Shown here piece after piece: positions 8,594-19,096 of a DNA stretch of 64,000 bases (position 1 is the first letter of the stretch; every line of letters begins with the position of its first letter). Under the pieces are notes generated by a model. The model was not told the origin of the DNA. It made no database searches and worked only from the letters and a program-made list of their open reading frames with translations. Both the position numbers and the translations under genes were made by a program. This stretch comes from Pirellulales bacterium. GTDB taxonomy: Bacteria; Planctomycetota; Planctomycetia; Pirellulales; JAICIG01. The stretch lies in assembly GCA_040901675.1 (NCBI GenBank), contig JBBDYJ010000010.1:234599-298598 (forward strand), in the 5' to 3' direction.

Positions 8594-9966
8594 GCCACGC
8601 CGTGCCGAACATCGACGAAGGCGCCCCACTCTCCCGCCGCGCGCGATACCTCGTGCTGGCCGTCGCCTTTCTCGGCTGGATGTTCGCCGGCACACAGATG
8701 TCGATCACCCCCTTGATGAGCCGTTCGGCCACCATCGACCTGCTCTGGCCCGATCAGCAAGGCCAGGCGCTGTCGCAGGAGCAAAGGGAATTGGTGGGGC
8801 TCTGGTTCTCCTGGCACAATGCCTCGTTTTTGTTCGGAGCGGCGGCCGGCGGACTGTTGTTCGGCTGGCTCGGCGATCGCGCGGGCCGCACCCGCGCCAT
8901 GGCCTGGAGCATCCTCTGCTATTCCTGCTTCTCGGGACTCAGCTACCTGGTCGTCGATCCGCACCAACTTCTGGTGCTGCGGTTCCTCACCTGCCTGGGC
9001 GTGGGAGGCATGTGGCCCAACGGCGTGGCCCTGGTCTCGGAAGCCTGGTCGGAGGTGTCGCGGCCCACGCTGGCGGGAATCATCGGCACCTCGGCCAACG
9101 TGGGCATCGTGATGATGGGCGTTGCCAGCATCTATTTCCGGATCACGCCCGAAAGCTGGCGGTGGATGATGCTGGTGGGAGCGATGCCGGCCCTGCTGGG
9201 CATCTTTGTCTGGGCGGCCGTGCCCGAATCGCCACGCTGGGCGGCCGGCCGTCTGCGCACCGGCCAGGTCAGGCCTCCGGCGCCGGTCGCGGAGATCTTT
9301 CGCCCGCCGCTGTTGCACCTGACGTTGATCGGAATCTGCCTGGGCACGGTGCCTCTGTTGGGCGGTTGGGGCAGCGGCAACTGGCTCGTTCCCTGGGCCG
9401 ACGAGGTCGGGGGCACGGCCGACCCGTATCTCAAAGGCTGGACGCAGGTGATGCGATCGCTTGGCGGCACGCTGGGCAGCCTGGCCGGCGGCTGGGTGGC
9501 CGGCGCCCTGGGCCGGCGGCGCTCGTACTTTTTGATCAGCCTGGCATCTCTGGCGATCAGCGCTTACATCTTTCGTTCCTTGCACCCGGCCACGGCGGGC
9601 GAATACTCGTTTAGCGATTTTGCTTGGGGCCTGATCGGCGCCGGCCCGGCGATCGGCATCGAAACGGTCAACCTGTTTTCGCTATGGGCCTTCATGCTGG
9701 GCGTGTTCAGCGGCCTGTACTTCGGCTGGCTGCCGCTGTGCCTGCCCGAGCTGTTTCCCACCCGGGTGCGGTCCACCGGCGCCGGGGTGGCCTTCAATTC
9801 CGGGCGCGTGGGCGCCGCCATCGGCGTGCTGGGCGCCGGCGAACTGATCAAGTCGCACTACGGCGGCGATTACGGCCGGGTGGGCGCCATCACCAGCTTG
9901 ATCTATGCCGTGGGCATGATCGTCATCTGGCTGGCCCCCAAGACCGACCAGAAATTGAAGGACTGA
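8590..9966 (+). CDS. MFS transporter
   Basis: GWLGDRAGRTR motif A, PES, LPELFPTRVRSTG; about 12 TM segments; GTGA overlap with the upstream gene. Confidence 0.93.
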   Translation: MSHAVPNIDEGAPLSRRARYLVLAVAFLGWMFAGTQMSITPLMSRSATIDLLWPDQQGQALSQEQRELVGLWFSWHNASFLFGAAAGGLLFGWLGDRAGRTRAMAWSILCYSCFSGLSYLVVDPHQLLVLRFLTCLGVGGMWPNGVALVSEAWSEVSRPTLAGIIGTSANVGIVMMGVASIYFRITPESWRWMMLVGAMPALLGIFVWAAVPESPRWAAGRLRTGQVRPPAPVAEIFRPPLLHLTLIGICLGTVPLLGGWGSGNWLVPWADEVGGTADPYLKGWTQVMRSLGGTLGSLAGGWVAGALGRRRSYFLISLASLAISAYIFRSLHPATAGEYSFSDFAWGLIGAGPAIGIETVNLFSLWAFMLGVFSGLYFGWLPLCLPELFPTRVRSTGAGVAFNSGRVGAAIGVLGAGELIKSHYGGDYGRVGAITSLIYAVGMIVIWLAPKTDQKLKD

Positions 9967-9980
9967 ATTGGAGGTACCGC

Positions 9981-11693
<1,713 letters not shown>

Positions 11694-11710
11694 ATTGAGC
11701 CGCCCGCGTC

Positions 11711-11826
11711 GCGTGGCTGGGGCAAAGCGTTAAGCGTGCCACTGGTCTTCGTGACCCGCATTCAATGGGGGATGCTTCCGCTTCTTTGTTCCCCTTGTCG
11801 CCTTGTCGCATTGTCCCCTTGTCGAC
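11711..11826. repeat. REP-like A/B hybrid (11711-11745) and octamer array (CCCCTTGT-like, 11784-11826)
   Basis: gcgtggctggggcaaagcgttaagcgtgccactgg; ccccttgt cgccttgt cgcattgt ccccttgt. Confidence 0.75.
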
Positions 11827-11835
11827 TCTTCCCGC

Positions 11836-12444
11836 TTACGGGGTGATGGCCCGCAGCACGTTGCGGATCGGTTGGCCGGGTATGTACACCTTGGGCCGCA
11901 CGATGACCGGCCGACCCACCATCACCGGGCTGAAGGCAGTCACTGGCGAATAGCTGGTTACCACGGGGCTGTACGTCACCACGGGGCTATAGGACACCAC
12001 CGGGCTGTAGCTGGTCACCGGACTGTAGCTGGTCACCGGACTGTAGCTGGTCACCGGGCTGTAGCTGGTCACCGGGCGGTAGCTGGTCATCGGGCGGTAG
12101 CTGGTCATCGGGCGGTAGCTGGTCACGGGACTGTAGGTGGTCACGGGGCTGTAGGTAACCGCCGGGGGGCTATAGTACGTCGTCACGGGTGCATAGCTGC
12201 GTACCACGGGGCTGTAGGCAGTCACCGGCCGATACGTGGTGACCGGCGCAGACGTGACGACCGGAGAATAGCTGGTCACCACGGGGCTGTAGCTTTCATA
12301 GACGACCGGCGCCTCGGAAACGCTGTACGTCGAGACGTACGAGGGGCCGACAATCGGGCTGTACGTTTCGACGTACACCTGTCCCATCGCCGTGGCCGCG
12401 GCGGTCAAAATAACGAGCGCGGACAACAAAGCGGCAACTCTCAT
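11836..12444 (-). CDS. Secreted low-complexity (Y-S/R-P-V-T-S)n repeat protein
   Basis: Signal peptide, about 20 Y-x-P units (18-bp DNA repeat), C-terminal RPKVYIPGQPIRNVLRAITP; AGGAGG RBS and ATGA overlap with the upstream gene. Confidence 0.85.
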   Translation of the reverse strand: MRVAALLSALVILTAAATAMGQVYVETYSPIVGPSYVSTYSVSEAPVVYESYSPVVTSYSPVVTSAPVTTYRPVTAYSPVVRSYAPVTTYYSPPAVTYSPVTTYSPVTSYRPMTSYRPMTSYRPVTSYSPVTSYSPVTSYSPVTSYSPVVSYSPVVTYSPVVTSYSPVTAFSPVMVGRPVIVRPKVYIPGQPIRNVLRAITP

Positions 12445-13487
12445 CGTGCGATCCTCCTTGCAAAGAACACGGGTGCAGCGGGTTTCTCACTCATGGCGAC
12501 CGAACCGATTGTAACCTGGGCCGTCAATTCGGCAACGGCTCCGGATCCAAGATCGGTTTTTATCCTGATCACTTCCGAAAACTTGCCCGGTTCACCGCCG
12601 GCCACGAACGTCATGGGGAGCAGGTGCACCTTCTTTTCGCCTTCCGGCAGCTCGAACTCGAAATGCTCGTTGTCGCACTCGACGCCGGTAATGCGGAACG
12701 GCTGCTTGCCCTGCACGACCAGTTGACGGGTGATCCGCTGGCCCGGCGCCACGCTTCCCAGCGAGAGGCTCGCCGGGCTGACGCTGAGCTGTGGAACCAC
12801 CCGCCCTTCGACCATCAGCGGCACTCGCGACATACGGCGGTCGTTGGTCAGCAGGAGCAGTTGTTCCCGCAGGTATCCGGCCGGCGCATCCTGGCTGAGC
12901 CGCACGGCCAACTCGTAAGCGTGCTCGCCGGCCCGGCTCGACACCTGTGCCCAGGACACATCGAGGTACGGGATCTTCGGCTGGACGTCCACGATTCGCC
13001 AGTCGGAGCGGCCGGCATGCCGAACGCGCACCCGCCGCACGGATGCTTCGCCCTGGTCGACGTCGCCAAAGCGCACGGCCCCCGGATCGAGGACCACGTC
13101 GGTGCGGATGTAGCCGTCCACGCGCAACTGCACTTCCGCATAGGCGGGCCGATCGATCACCACCGTCAGCGTGGCGCCGCGCTGGCCGCGAAAGCGGTCG
13201 GTGTTGTAGCGGACGACGACCTGCCCCCGCTCGCCGGACTTCAGCGTCTGCCTGCTGATCGAGGGTGTCGCGCAGCCGCAACTGGCCCGCACAACCGCGA
13301 TGTGTATCTCGTCCCGATAGAGGTTCGTCAGCGTGAAGCGGTGTTCCACGGCCGCGCCACGGGCCACCGCGCCAAAGTCGTGGCTCGTCTGGTCGAACAT
13401 TGTGGCGGCCCATTGCTGGGCACCAGCCAAAGGGGCACCGGCCAGCATGCATGTCAAGCTGAGCAATAAACGCGAGGCAACAGCCAC
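12441..13487 (-). CDS. DUF1573-domain (multi Ig-like) secreted protein
   Basis: HDFGAVARG, RASCGCATP; GTG start with AGGAG RBS; repeated 'F/LG.V..G' Ig-like modules. Confidence 0.85.
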   Translation of the reverse strand: MAVASRLLLSLTCMLAGAPLAGAQQWAATMFDQTSHDFGAVARGAAVEHRFTLTNLYRDEIHIAVVRASCGCATPSISRQTLKSGERGQVVVRYNTDRFRGQRGATLTVVIDRPAYAEVQLRVDGYIRTDVVLDPGAVRFGDVDQGEASVRRVRVRHAGRSDWRIVDVQPKIPYLDVSWAQVSSRAGEHAYELAVRLSQDAPAGYLREQLLLLTNDRRMSRVPLMVEGRVVPQLSVSPASLSLGSVAPGQRITRQLVVQGKQPFRITGVECDNEHFEFELPEGEKKVHLLPMTFVAGGEPGKFSEVIRIKTDLGSGAVAELTAQVTIGSVAMSEKPAAPVFFARRIAR

Positions 13488-13595
13488 AGCACGCTCCTGG
13501 GCCCCGCATTTCAGGGCACTGTTATTGTAAGGCACTGTCGCACACGGATTCCAATCGGCCCCCGCCTGACGGTGCAGCTCTTGCGCACAAGGAGA

Positions 13596-13612
13596 TGCAC
13601 TTCCGGTGCCAA
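13596..13612 (-). promoter_or_regulatory. Candidate sigma54 -24/-12 promoter
   Basis: Minus strand TTGGCACCGGAAGTGCA = GG-N10-GC, about 110 bp upstream of the DUF1573 gene. Confidence 0.5.
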
Positions 13613-13758
13613 GAGCGGGCGGCCTCATCGATCAGGCGCCGGCCGCAATTCGTAACTGGTTGGCATTATGATACTTGAGCGCGGTCTGCTCGAAGCCCGC
13701 TAGGCTGCGGTAGATGCACAAGCCTGGCAGGATACGCGCCAGGCGGCAGTATCGGGGA

Positions 13759-13985
13759 CGGGTCTACCCCACCTCACGCACTTGCGGAACCTGCCGCAGA
13801 TCGTGCGGGCGGGCGTGCTTTGGTCGGACGCCAATCGGATCGAACTGGGGCTTGAATGCGACGTCGTCGGCATGTCGCATATCAAGCGGCGGCGACTGCA
13901 AGAGATCGAGGTGAGCTGCCACGCGGGCACACACGTCGGCGATTATGTGCCTTTCTACTTCTGTCCACGATCGATCATGCTCTAT
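13759..13985 (+). pseudogene. darT: Truncated, frameshifted DarT (DUF4433) DNA ADP-ribosyltransferase toxin
   Basis: RVY/(cc)/HLTHLRNLPQIVRAG.LWSD...IKRRR...VGDYVPFYFCPRSIMLY; homology stops abruptly and there is no darG. Confidence 0.8.
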
Positions 13986-13993
13986 ACGAATCG

Positions 13994-14160
13994 GATGCCG
14001 ACAACTGACACGAGAAAGGCCTGGAGGTCCTGATCATCGAATCGCTGGTGCTCAAGGCGCGGTTACACAGGGCGAGCCGGAAGATGTCCTGGTCGTCCCG
14101 CCGTTTGTTCAGACGAAAGGCAAAACGCAGCGGGCGCCATTCCGCCGGTACGTGCTTACC
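13994..14160 (-). mobile_element. Possible degenerate IS1595-like transposase C-terminal remnant
   Basis: Minus frame KHVPAEWRPLRFAFRLNKRRDDQDIFRLAL resembles the IS1595 'KHL..Y..EF.FRFN.R....F' tail; abuts the darT breakpoint. Confidence 0.3.
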
Positions 14161-14180
14161 GGCGTGCCGCGCGGCGCCGA

Positions 14181-14209
14181 TTGACGATTCTGAGGCGATT
14201 TCCTATGAT
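14181..14209 (+). promoter_or_regulatory. sigma70-type promoter
   Basis: TTGACG-N17-TATGAT. Confidence 0.7.
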
Positions 14210-14215
14210 TGGGCC

Positions 14216-14290
14216 AGTCGTACTCAAGACGGGTAAAAACGGACGGCTATGACAGCCCCTCGGTGCTTCCGGCACGGTGGGGTTTTTTAT
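14216..14290 (+). ncRNA. Candidate ~75-nt small RNA or attenuated leader
   Basis: Near-consensus promoter, no plausible ORF, ends in a hairpin plus T-run. Confidence 0.35.
14254..14290 (+). terminator. Intrinsic terminator 1
   Basis: agcccctcggtgc-ttcc-ggcacggtggggtt followed by tttt. Confidence 0.65.
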
Positions 14291-14298
14291 TTGAACTC

Positions 14299-14335
14299 GA
14301 AGCCCCGCCGGCCTGAGCCGACGGGGCTTTTTTCA
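14299..14335 (+). terminator. Intrinsic terminator 2
   Basis: aagccccgccggc-ctga-gccgacggggctt followed by tttt. Confidence 0.75.
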
Positions 14336-14381
14336 TCCGGCCAGTGCATCCCCCGTTCCGATCGGCCAGGGAGCTCAGCAC

Positions 14382-14699
14382 ATGCCTCGCGGAGACAAGT
14401 CGAAGTACACAGACAAACAGCAGCGCAAAGCGGAGCACATCGAGGAAGGCTACAAAGAGCGAGGCGTCTCCGAGGACGAGGCCGAACGCCGCGCCTGGGC
14501 CACCGTGAACAAGATGGACCAGGGGGGCAAAAAGAAAGGCGGCTCGGGCCGCGGGAAAAAAACGAACAAGGGGCCGGCCAAGAAAGGCGGCCGCATCGGT
14601 GGAGCGGCATCGGCGGCGCGGAGCAAGCAAGCCCGCTCGAAGTCGGCCAAGAAAGCCGCCCGAACGCGAAAGAAGAAGAAAGCGGCCAAGAAGAAGTAA
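14382..14699 (+). CDS. Small basic 'plasmid stabilization'-type / general-stress protein with Lys/Ala-rich tail
   Basis: MPRGDKSKYTDKQQRKAEHIEEGY...EAERRAWATVNK family N-terminus; AKKAARTRKKKKAAKKK tail. Confidence 0.8.
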   Translation: MPRGDKSKYTDKQQRKAEHIEEGYKERGVSEDEAERRAWATVNKMDQGGKKKGGSGRGKKTNKGPAKKGGRIGGAASAARSKQARSKSAKKAARTRKKKKAAKKK

Positions 14700-14746
14700 C
14701 GCATTGGCTCTCCATTTGTCCACACGCACAATCGAAAGGGACTGGC

Positions 14747-15862
14747 ATGGCAAGGAAGAAAAAGGTCCGCTACGCCGTGGTGGGTTTGGGACATTTCGCC
14801 CAGGTGGCCGTGCTGCCGGCCTTTGCCAACGCCAAGCGCTGCGAGCTGACGGCGCTGGTCTCCGACGATCCGGCGAAGCTGGACGAGCTGAGCAGGCAAT
14901 ACGGCGTCGAGATCCGCGCCAGCTACGACGACTTCGACCCTTTTCTGGCCAGCGGGCAAGTCGACGCCGTGTACCTGGTGCTGCCCAACCACTTGCACCG
15001 CGATTACACGGTCCGCGCCGCCCGGGCCGGCGTACACGTGCTGTGCGAGAAGCCGATGGCCGTCACCGAGGAAGATTGCCGGGAGATGATCCGCGCCACG
15101 GATGAAGCCAACGTCAAATTGATGATCGCCTACCGGCTGCACCTGGAAGAGGCGAACCTGAAGACGGTCGAAGTCGTCACGTCGGGCCAGATCGGCGAGC
15201 CGCGGATCTTCAACTCCCTGTTCTCGATGAACGTCACCGACGAGGACAATATCCGCCTCGACCGCGAGAAGGGGGGCGGAACGCTCTACGACATCGGCGT
15301 CTACTGCATCAACGCGGCCCGCTACCTGTTCCGCGACGAGCCGATCGAGGTCAGCGCCTTCAGCGCCAACAACGGCGAGCCGCGGTTCCGCGAGGTCGAC
15401 GAGATGACCACCTGCATCCTGCGGTTTCCGGGCGAGCGATTGGCCAGCTTCACGTGCAGCTTCGGCGCGGCCGACGTCTCGAGCTACCAGGTGGTGGGCA
15501 CCCGGGGCGACGTGCGGCTCGACCCGGCCTACGAGTACCGCGGCAAGCTCAAGCAGCATCTAACGATCGAGGGCAAGACCAAGAGCAAGACGTTCAACCG
15601 CCGCGACCAGATTGCCGCGGAGCTGACCTATTTCTCCGACTGCATCCTCAAGGGAAAGGAGCCGGAGCCCAACGGCCGCGAGGGACTGGCCGACGTCCGC
15701 GTGGTCCGCGCCTTGTACCGCTCGGCCGAAACGCGGCAGCCGGTCGAGCTGGAGCCGTTCGAGAAGCGGCGGCGGCCCCAGCCCGAGCAGGAAATCGAAC
15801 GGCCCGCCCCTTGGACCCGTCCCGAGCCGGTCCATGCCGAGGGTCCCAGGGGCAATAGTTGA
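14747..15862 (+). CDS. Gfo/Idh/MocA oxidoreductase (glucose-fructose oxidoreductase-like)
   Basis: VRYAVVGLG, LPNHLH, HVLCEKPM, GGGTLYDIGVYC. Confidence 0.93.
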   Translation: MARKKKVRYAVVGLGHFAQVAVLPAFANAKRCELTALVSDDPAKLDELSRQYGVEIRASYDDFDPFLASGQVDAVYLVLPNHLHRDYTVRAARAGVHVLCEKPMAVTEEDCREMIRATDEANVKLMIAYRLHLEEANLKTVEVVTSGQIGEPRIFNSLFSMNVTDEDNIRLDREKGGGTLYDIGVYCINAARYLFRDEPIEVSAFSANNGEPRFREVDEMTTCILRFPGERLASFTCSFGAADVSSYQVVGTRGDVRLDPAYEYRGKLKQHLTIEGKTKSKTFNRRDQIAAELTYFSDCILKGKEPEPNGREGLADVRVVRALYRSAETRQPVELEPFEKRRRPQPEQEIERPAPWTRPEPVHAEGPRGNS

Positions 15863-15872
15863 TTGCGCGTTA

Positions 15873-17039
15873 CTACGCTGCCAGGCGGCGAGAGGGCTCC
15901 TGTCCGCCGGCAACTTCGTCCAGGTATGCCAGCAGTTCGTGCTGGTAGCGCTCGGTGTCGAACGAGACGGCTTGGCCGCGGGCCAGATGGGGGCTGAACT
16001 GGTCGGGATGCCGCTCGAACCACTCGATCGCTTCACACAGGCACTCGGCGGTTTGCTGGCTGAACAGGAACCCGGTGCCGCGCCGCAGTTCGCCGGCCGG
16101 TTGGATTGTTTCCGTCGCGCCGCCGCGGTCGAAGGCGATCACGGGCGTGCCGCAGGCCTGGGCCTCGACCGGCACAATGCCAAAGTCTTCCTGGCCGGGG
16201 AAAACCAGAGCGCGGCAGCGGCGCATGTGCTCGCGCACCTCCTCGTCGCTCCGCCAACCGAGCAGTTGCACGTCTCCGCCGGCCAGGGCCGCCAGCCGGC
16301 TGGCTTCGGGTCCGGCGCCGATCACGATCAGCCGCCGGCCCAGCCTGCGGCAGGCCCGCACCGCCAGGTCGATCTTCTTGTAGGGGACCAGGGCCGAAAC
16401 GCAAAGGTAATAGTCGTCGCGCGGGACGGCGGCCGGGCAATAAAACCGGGTGTCGACCGGCGGATAGATGACGCGGCTCGAGCGGCCGTAACACTCGGCG
16501 ATCCGCCTGGCAACCGTGTGGCTGATGGCCACGTAGTGCGTCACGCGCTGGCTGGCCGCCAGGTCCCAGCGGCGAACCAGCTCGAGCAGGACGTCCCGCG
16601 CAGCCGCCGGCCAATGCCCCGGCAGCCAACCAGCCAGCCGGCCCTGGGTGGCTTTGCCGAAGTAGTCCTCTCGCAATTGCCAGGCATAACGCATCGGGGT
16701 GAAGCAGTAACAGACGTGCGGCACACCCGGCGGCACGCGGATCCCCTTGGCCACTGCATGGCTGAAACTGAGCACCAGGTCGACGTCGCCAGGCAGCCGC
16801 AGGCTCTCGATGGCCCGCGGCATCGCCGGCAGCCAGTAGCGGTAATGTCGGCCGATGCCCGGCACGCGCTGCAAAAAGCTGGTGCGGATTCGCATCCGCT
16901 CGATCGCCGGCGAGGCGCTGCCCGCCTTGTGCAAAAGCGTGAACAGCTCGGCGTCGGGATAGCGGCGGCAGGCGACTTCGAGGCACTTTTCGCCGCCCCG
17001 CATGCCGGTCAGCCAATCGTGGACCAGCGCGATCTTCAT
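15873..17039 (-). CDS. Glycosyltransferase family 4
   Basis: KIALVHDWLTGMRGGEK, EDFGIVPVEAQACGTPVIA. Confidence 0.95.
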   Translation of the reverse strand: MKIALVHDWLTGMRGGEKCLEVACRRYPDAELFTLLHKAGSASPAIERMRIRTSFLQRVPGIGRHYRYWLPAMPRAIESLRLPGDVDLVLSFSHAVAKGIRVPPGVPHVCYCFTPMRYAWQLREDYFGKATQGRLAGWLPGHWPAAARDVLLELVRRWDLAASQRVTHYVAISHTVARRIAECYGRSSRVIYPPVDTRFYCPAAVPRDDYYLCVSALVPYKKIDLAVRACRRLGRRLIVIGAGPEASRLAALAGGDVQLLGWRSDEEVREHMRRCRALVFPGQEDFGIVPVEAQACGTPVIAFDRGGATETIQPAGELRRGTGFLFSQQTAECLCEAIEWFERHPDQFSPHLARGQAVSFDTERYQHELLAYLDEVAGGQEPSRRLAA

Positions 17040-17162
17040 AGTCGGCCAACGGCGTGGAATGCGACGGCCGCCAGGCGGCTTTTTTGCTACGATTTCCGAG
17101 GGCGGGATGGTCCCACAATCGATCGATCCTCGTCAAGGCGACTCAGCACACGTGAAAACGGA

Positions 17163-17792
17163 ATGGTGGCACCGACTCCCATGCAACGCCGTCCACCCAT
17201 TCGCGGCCTGATCTTCGACCTGGATGGCACGCTGGTCGACTCCGGACTCGATTTCGAGCTGATGCGGCGCGAGATGGGTCTCAAACCGGGCCGCCCGCTG
17301 TTGGAAGCGCTGGCCGAGCTCGATCCCGCCAGGGCCGATGAGTGCCGCCTGATCCTGAGCCGGCACGAGCGCGACGGGTCGTTGCGAGCTACCCTGATGC
17401 CCGGCGTCCACGCGTTTCTCAGCGCGATCGCGGGGCGGGGCCTGCGGCAGGCCGTGCTGACCCGCAACAGCCGCGAAGCCGCTCTGGCCACGCTGGGCCG
17501 CCTCGGTCTGGCTTTCGATCCGATCGTGGCTCGCGAAGACGCTCCAGCAAAGCCGGACCCGGCGGCAATTTGGAAAATCTGCGAAGCCTGGGGGTTGCCG
17601 GGTGAGCAGGTGGCCATGATCGGCGACTTCTACTTCGACATCGAGGCGGGCCGGCGGGCCGGCGTGCGAACGGTGCTGTATACGGGCCGCCGCGACCCAT
17701 TGGCCGTGGAAGGATGGGGGAAGGCCGACTTCTGCCTGGAATGCTTCGCCGACGCGGAGGGGTTGCTGGCCTGGTTGGAGCAACCGGACTAG
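17163..17792 (+). CDS. HAD-family hydrolase
   Basis: FDLDGTLVDS, TRN, KPDP, MIGD..FDIEAG. Confidence 0.92.
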   Translation: MVAPTPMQRRPPIRGLIFDLDGTLVDSGLDFELMRREMGLKPGRPLLEALAELDPARADECRLILSRHERDGSLRATLMPGVHAFLSAIAGRGLRQAVLTRNSREAALATLGRLGLAFDPIVAREDAPAKPDPAAIWKICEAWGLPGEQVAMIGDFYFDIEAGRRAGVRTVLYTGRRDPLAVEGWGKADFCLECFADAEGLLAWLEQPD

Positions 17793-17867
17793 GGGCCAAC
17801 GTGGCCATTTGTTACACTTCGCCGCCCCCACGAACCGTGCCGGACCGCCAGGTTGGAGACGCATTCG

Positions 17868-18851
17868 ATGCCATTATCAAAGAGGTCGTTCATAAAGTGT
17901 TCGGCGGCCCTCGTCGCACTATTTGCGCTGCTGTCCGGGGGCCAGCGCGAGTGCACCGCCCAGCCGCCGCGGGGGAGGCAGCCAGCCGAGCTGGTGCCGG
18001 CCGGGCCGCAGCCGCGTCGCGAAGGACCAACCCGCCCGGCGGCGGGTCCTGCCCGGCCGGGGGTACGATCGCCGCAGCTCGATCTGCCGGAGCCGTTTCG
18101 CCTTACGCCCCAGGAACAAGCCACGTTGGACCTGGTGCTGAGGGCCTGGGAAGAGCGAAGCGGCAGGATCAAGACGCTCAAGTGCAGTTTTACGTTGCGT
18201 GAATACGACCTCGTATTCCGCAACGTCGATGAGGGACAATCGCTGGCCCCCAAAAGGCAGTCGGAAGGCCGCTTGAGTTACATTGCTCCGGACAAGGGCG
18301 AATACGAGATACCGGACGAAGAGCATTGGATCTGTGACGGCAAGTCGATCTTTGAATTCAGTTTCGATAAGCGTCAGCTTGTCGAGCGGCCGCTGCCGCC
18401 CGAAATGCAAGGCAAGGCGATCACCAACGGCCCGCTTCCGTTTGTGTTTGGAACCACGGCCGACGCTTTGCACCGCCGCTATTCGATGCGGGTCATCCCG
18501 GACCGGGAGCTTCCGGAGCAACACGAAGGGCAGGTGTGGCTGGAGGCCCGTCCGCGCTTCCGGCAGGATGCGGCCAATTTTCGATCGGTGACGGCCATCC
18601 TCGACGACCGCAAGTTGCTGCCGGTGGCCGTCGAGCAGGTGCTGCCCAACGGCAACCGGACTTCGTACGTGTTCCGCAACGTATCGGTCAACAATCCCCT
18701 GGATGTCTTGGGCGGGCTGTTCAAAGAGCCGCGCGCGCCGAGGGGTTGGCAGCGGGTGATCGAGCGGCCGCCGCTGGACGAGAGCCAGTTGGCCGACCCG
18801 CCGGCACAGCCGCGGCAACAAGCCGGCCGCCGTCGTGTCCCGCTTCGTTAA
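17868..18851 (+). CDS. Planctomycete TIGR03009-like LolA-fold secreted protein
   Basis: Signal peptide; LDLVLRAWE, F...EYD.VF, PDKG, EHWICDGKSIFE, GPLPFVFG. Confidence 0.75.
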   Translation: MPLSKRSFIKCSAALVALFALLSGGQRECTAQPPRGRQPAELVPAGPQPRREGPTRPAAGPARPGVRSPQLDLPEPFRLTPQEQATLDLVLRAWEERSGRIKTLKCSFTLREYDLVFRNVDEGQSLAPKRQSEGRLSYIAPDKGEYEIPDEEHWICDGKSIFEFSFDKRQLVERPLPPEMQGKAITNGPLPFVFGTTADALHRRYSMRVIPDRELPEQHEGQVWLEARPRFRQDAANFRSVTAILDDRKLLPVAVEQVLPNGNRTSYVFRNVSVNNPLDVLGGLFKEPRAPRGWQRVIERPPLDESQLADPPAQPRQQAGRRRVPLR

Positions 18852-19004
18852 AGAGCAGCCAGCGGCGGCCTGGGCGAGCGATGGCGGGCGGCCGACGGCA
18901 ACGGCTGCGCAGTCTGGCGTTCCTTCCTCCTTTCCGCCGGTTTCCGATCATCTTGCCGGACCAGACTTTAAATTACGGACGCCTGGCGCGCCGCCTTGCT
19001 GAAT

Positions 19005-19032
19005 TTGACTCGTTACCCCACCGCCATATAAT
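19005..19032 (+). promoter_or_regulatory. sigma70-type promoter of the nfeD operon
   Basis: TTGACT-N16-TATAAT. Confidence 0.7.
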
Positions 19033-19096
19033 CTAGGCGGCCGAAAGGCCAAGGGTGCAACCACTTGCGCCGTGTCACGCCAGGCAAGAACCTTCC

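Noticed and set aside
11940..12300. 18-bp repeats as a possible CRISPR array
   Set aside because: No spacers, the repeats are in-frame coding units, and there are no cas genes
14212..14250. preQ1-like riboswitch (hairpin plus A-rich tail)
   Set aside because: The loop consensus does not match and the downstream genes are unrelated to queuosine
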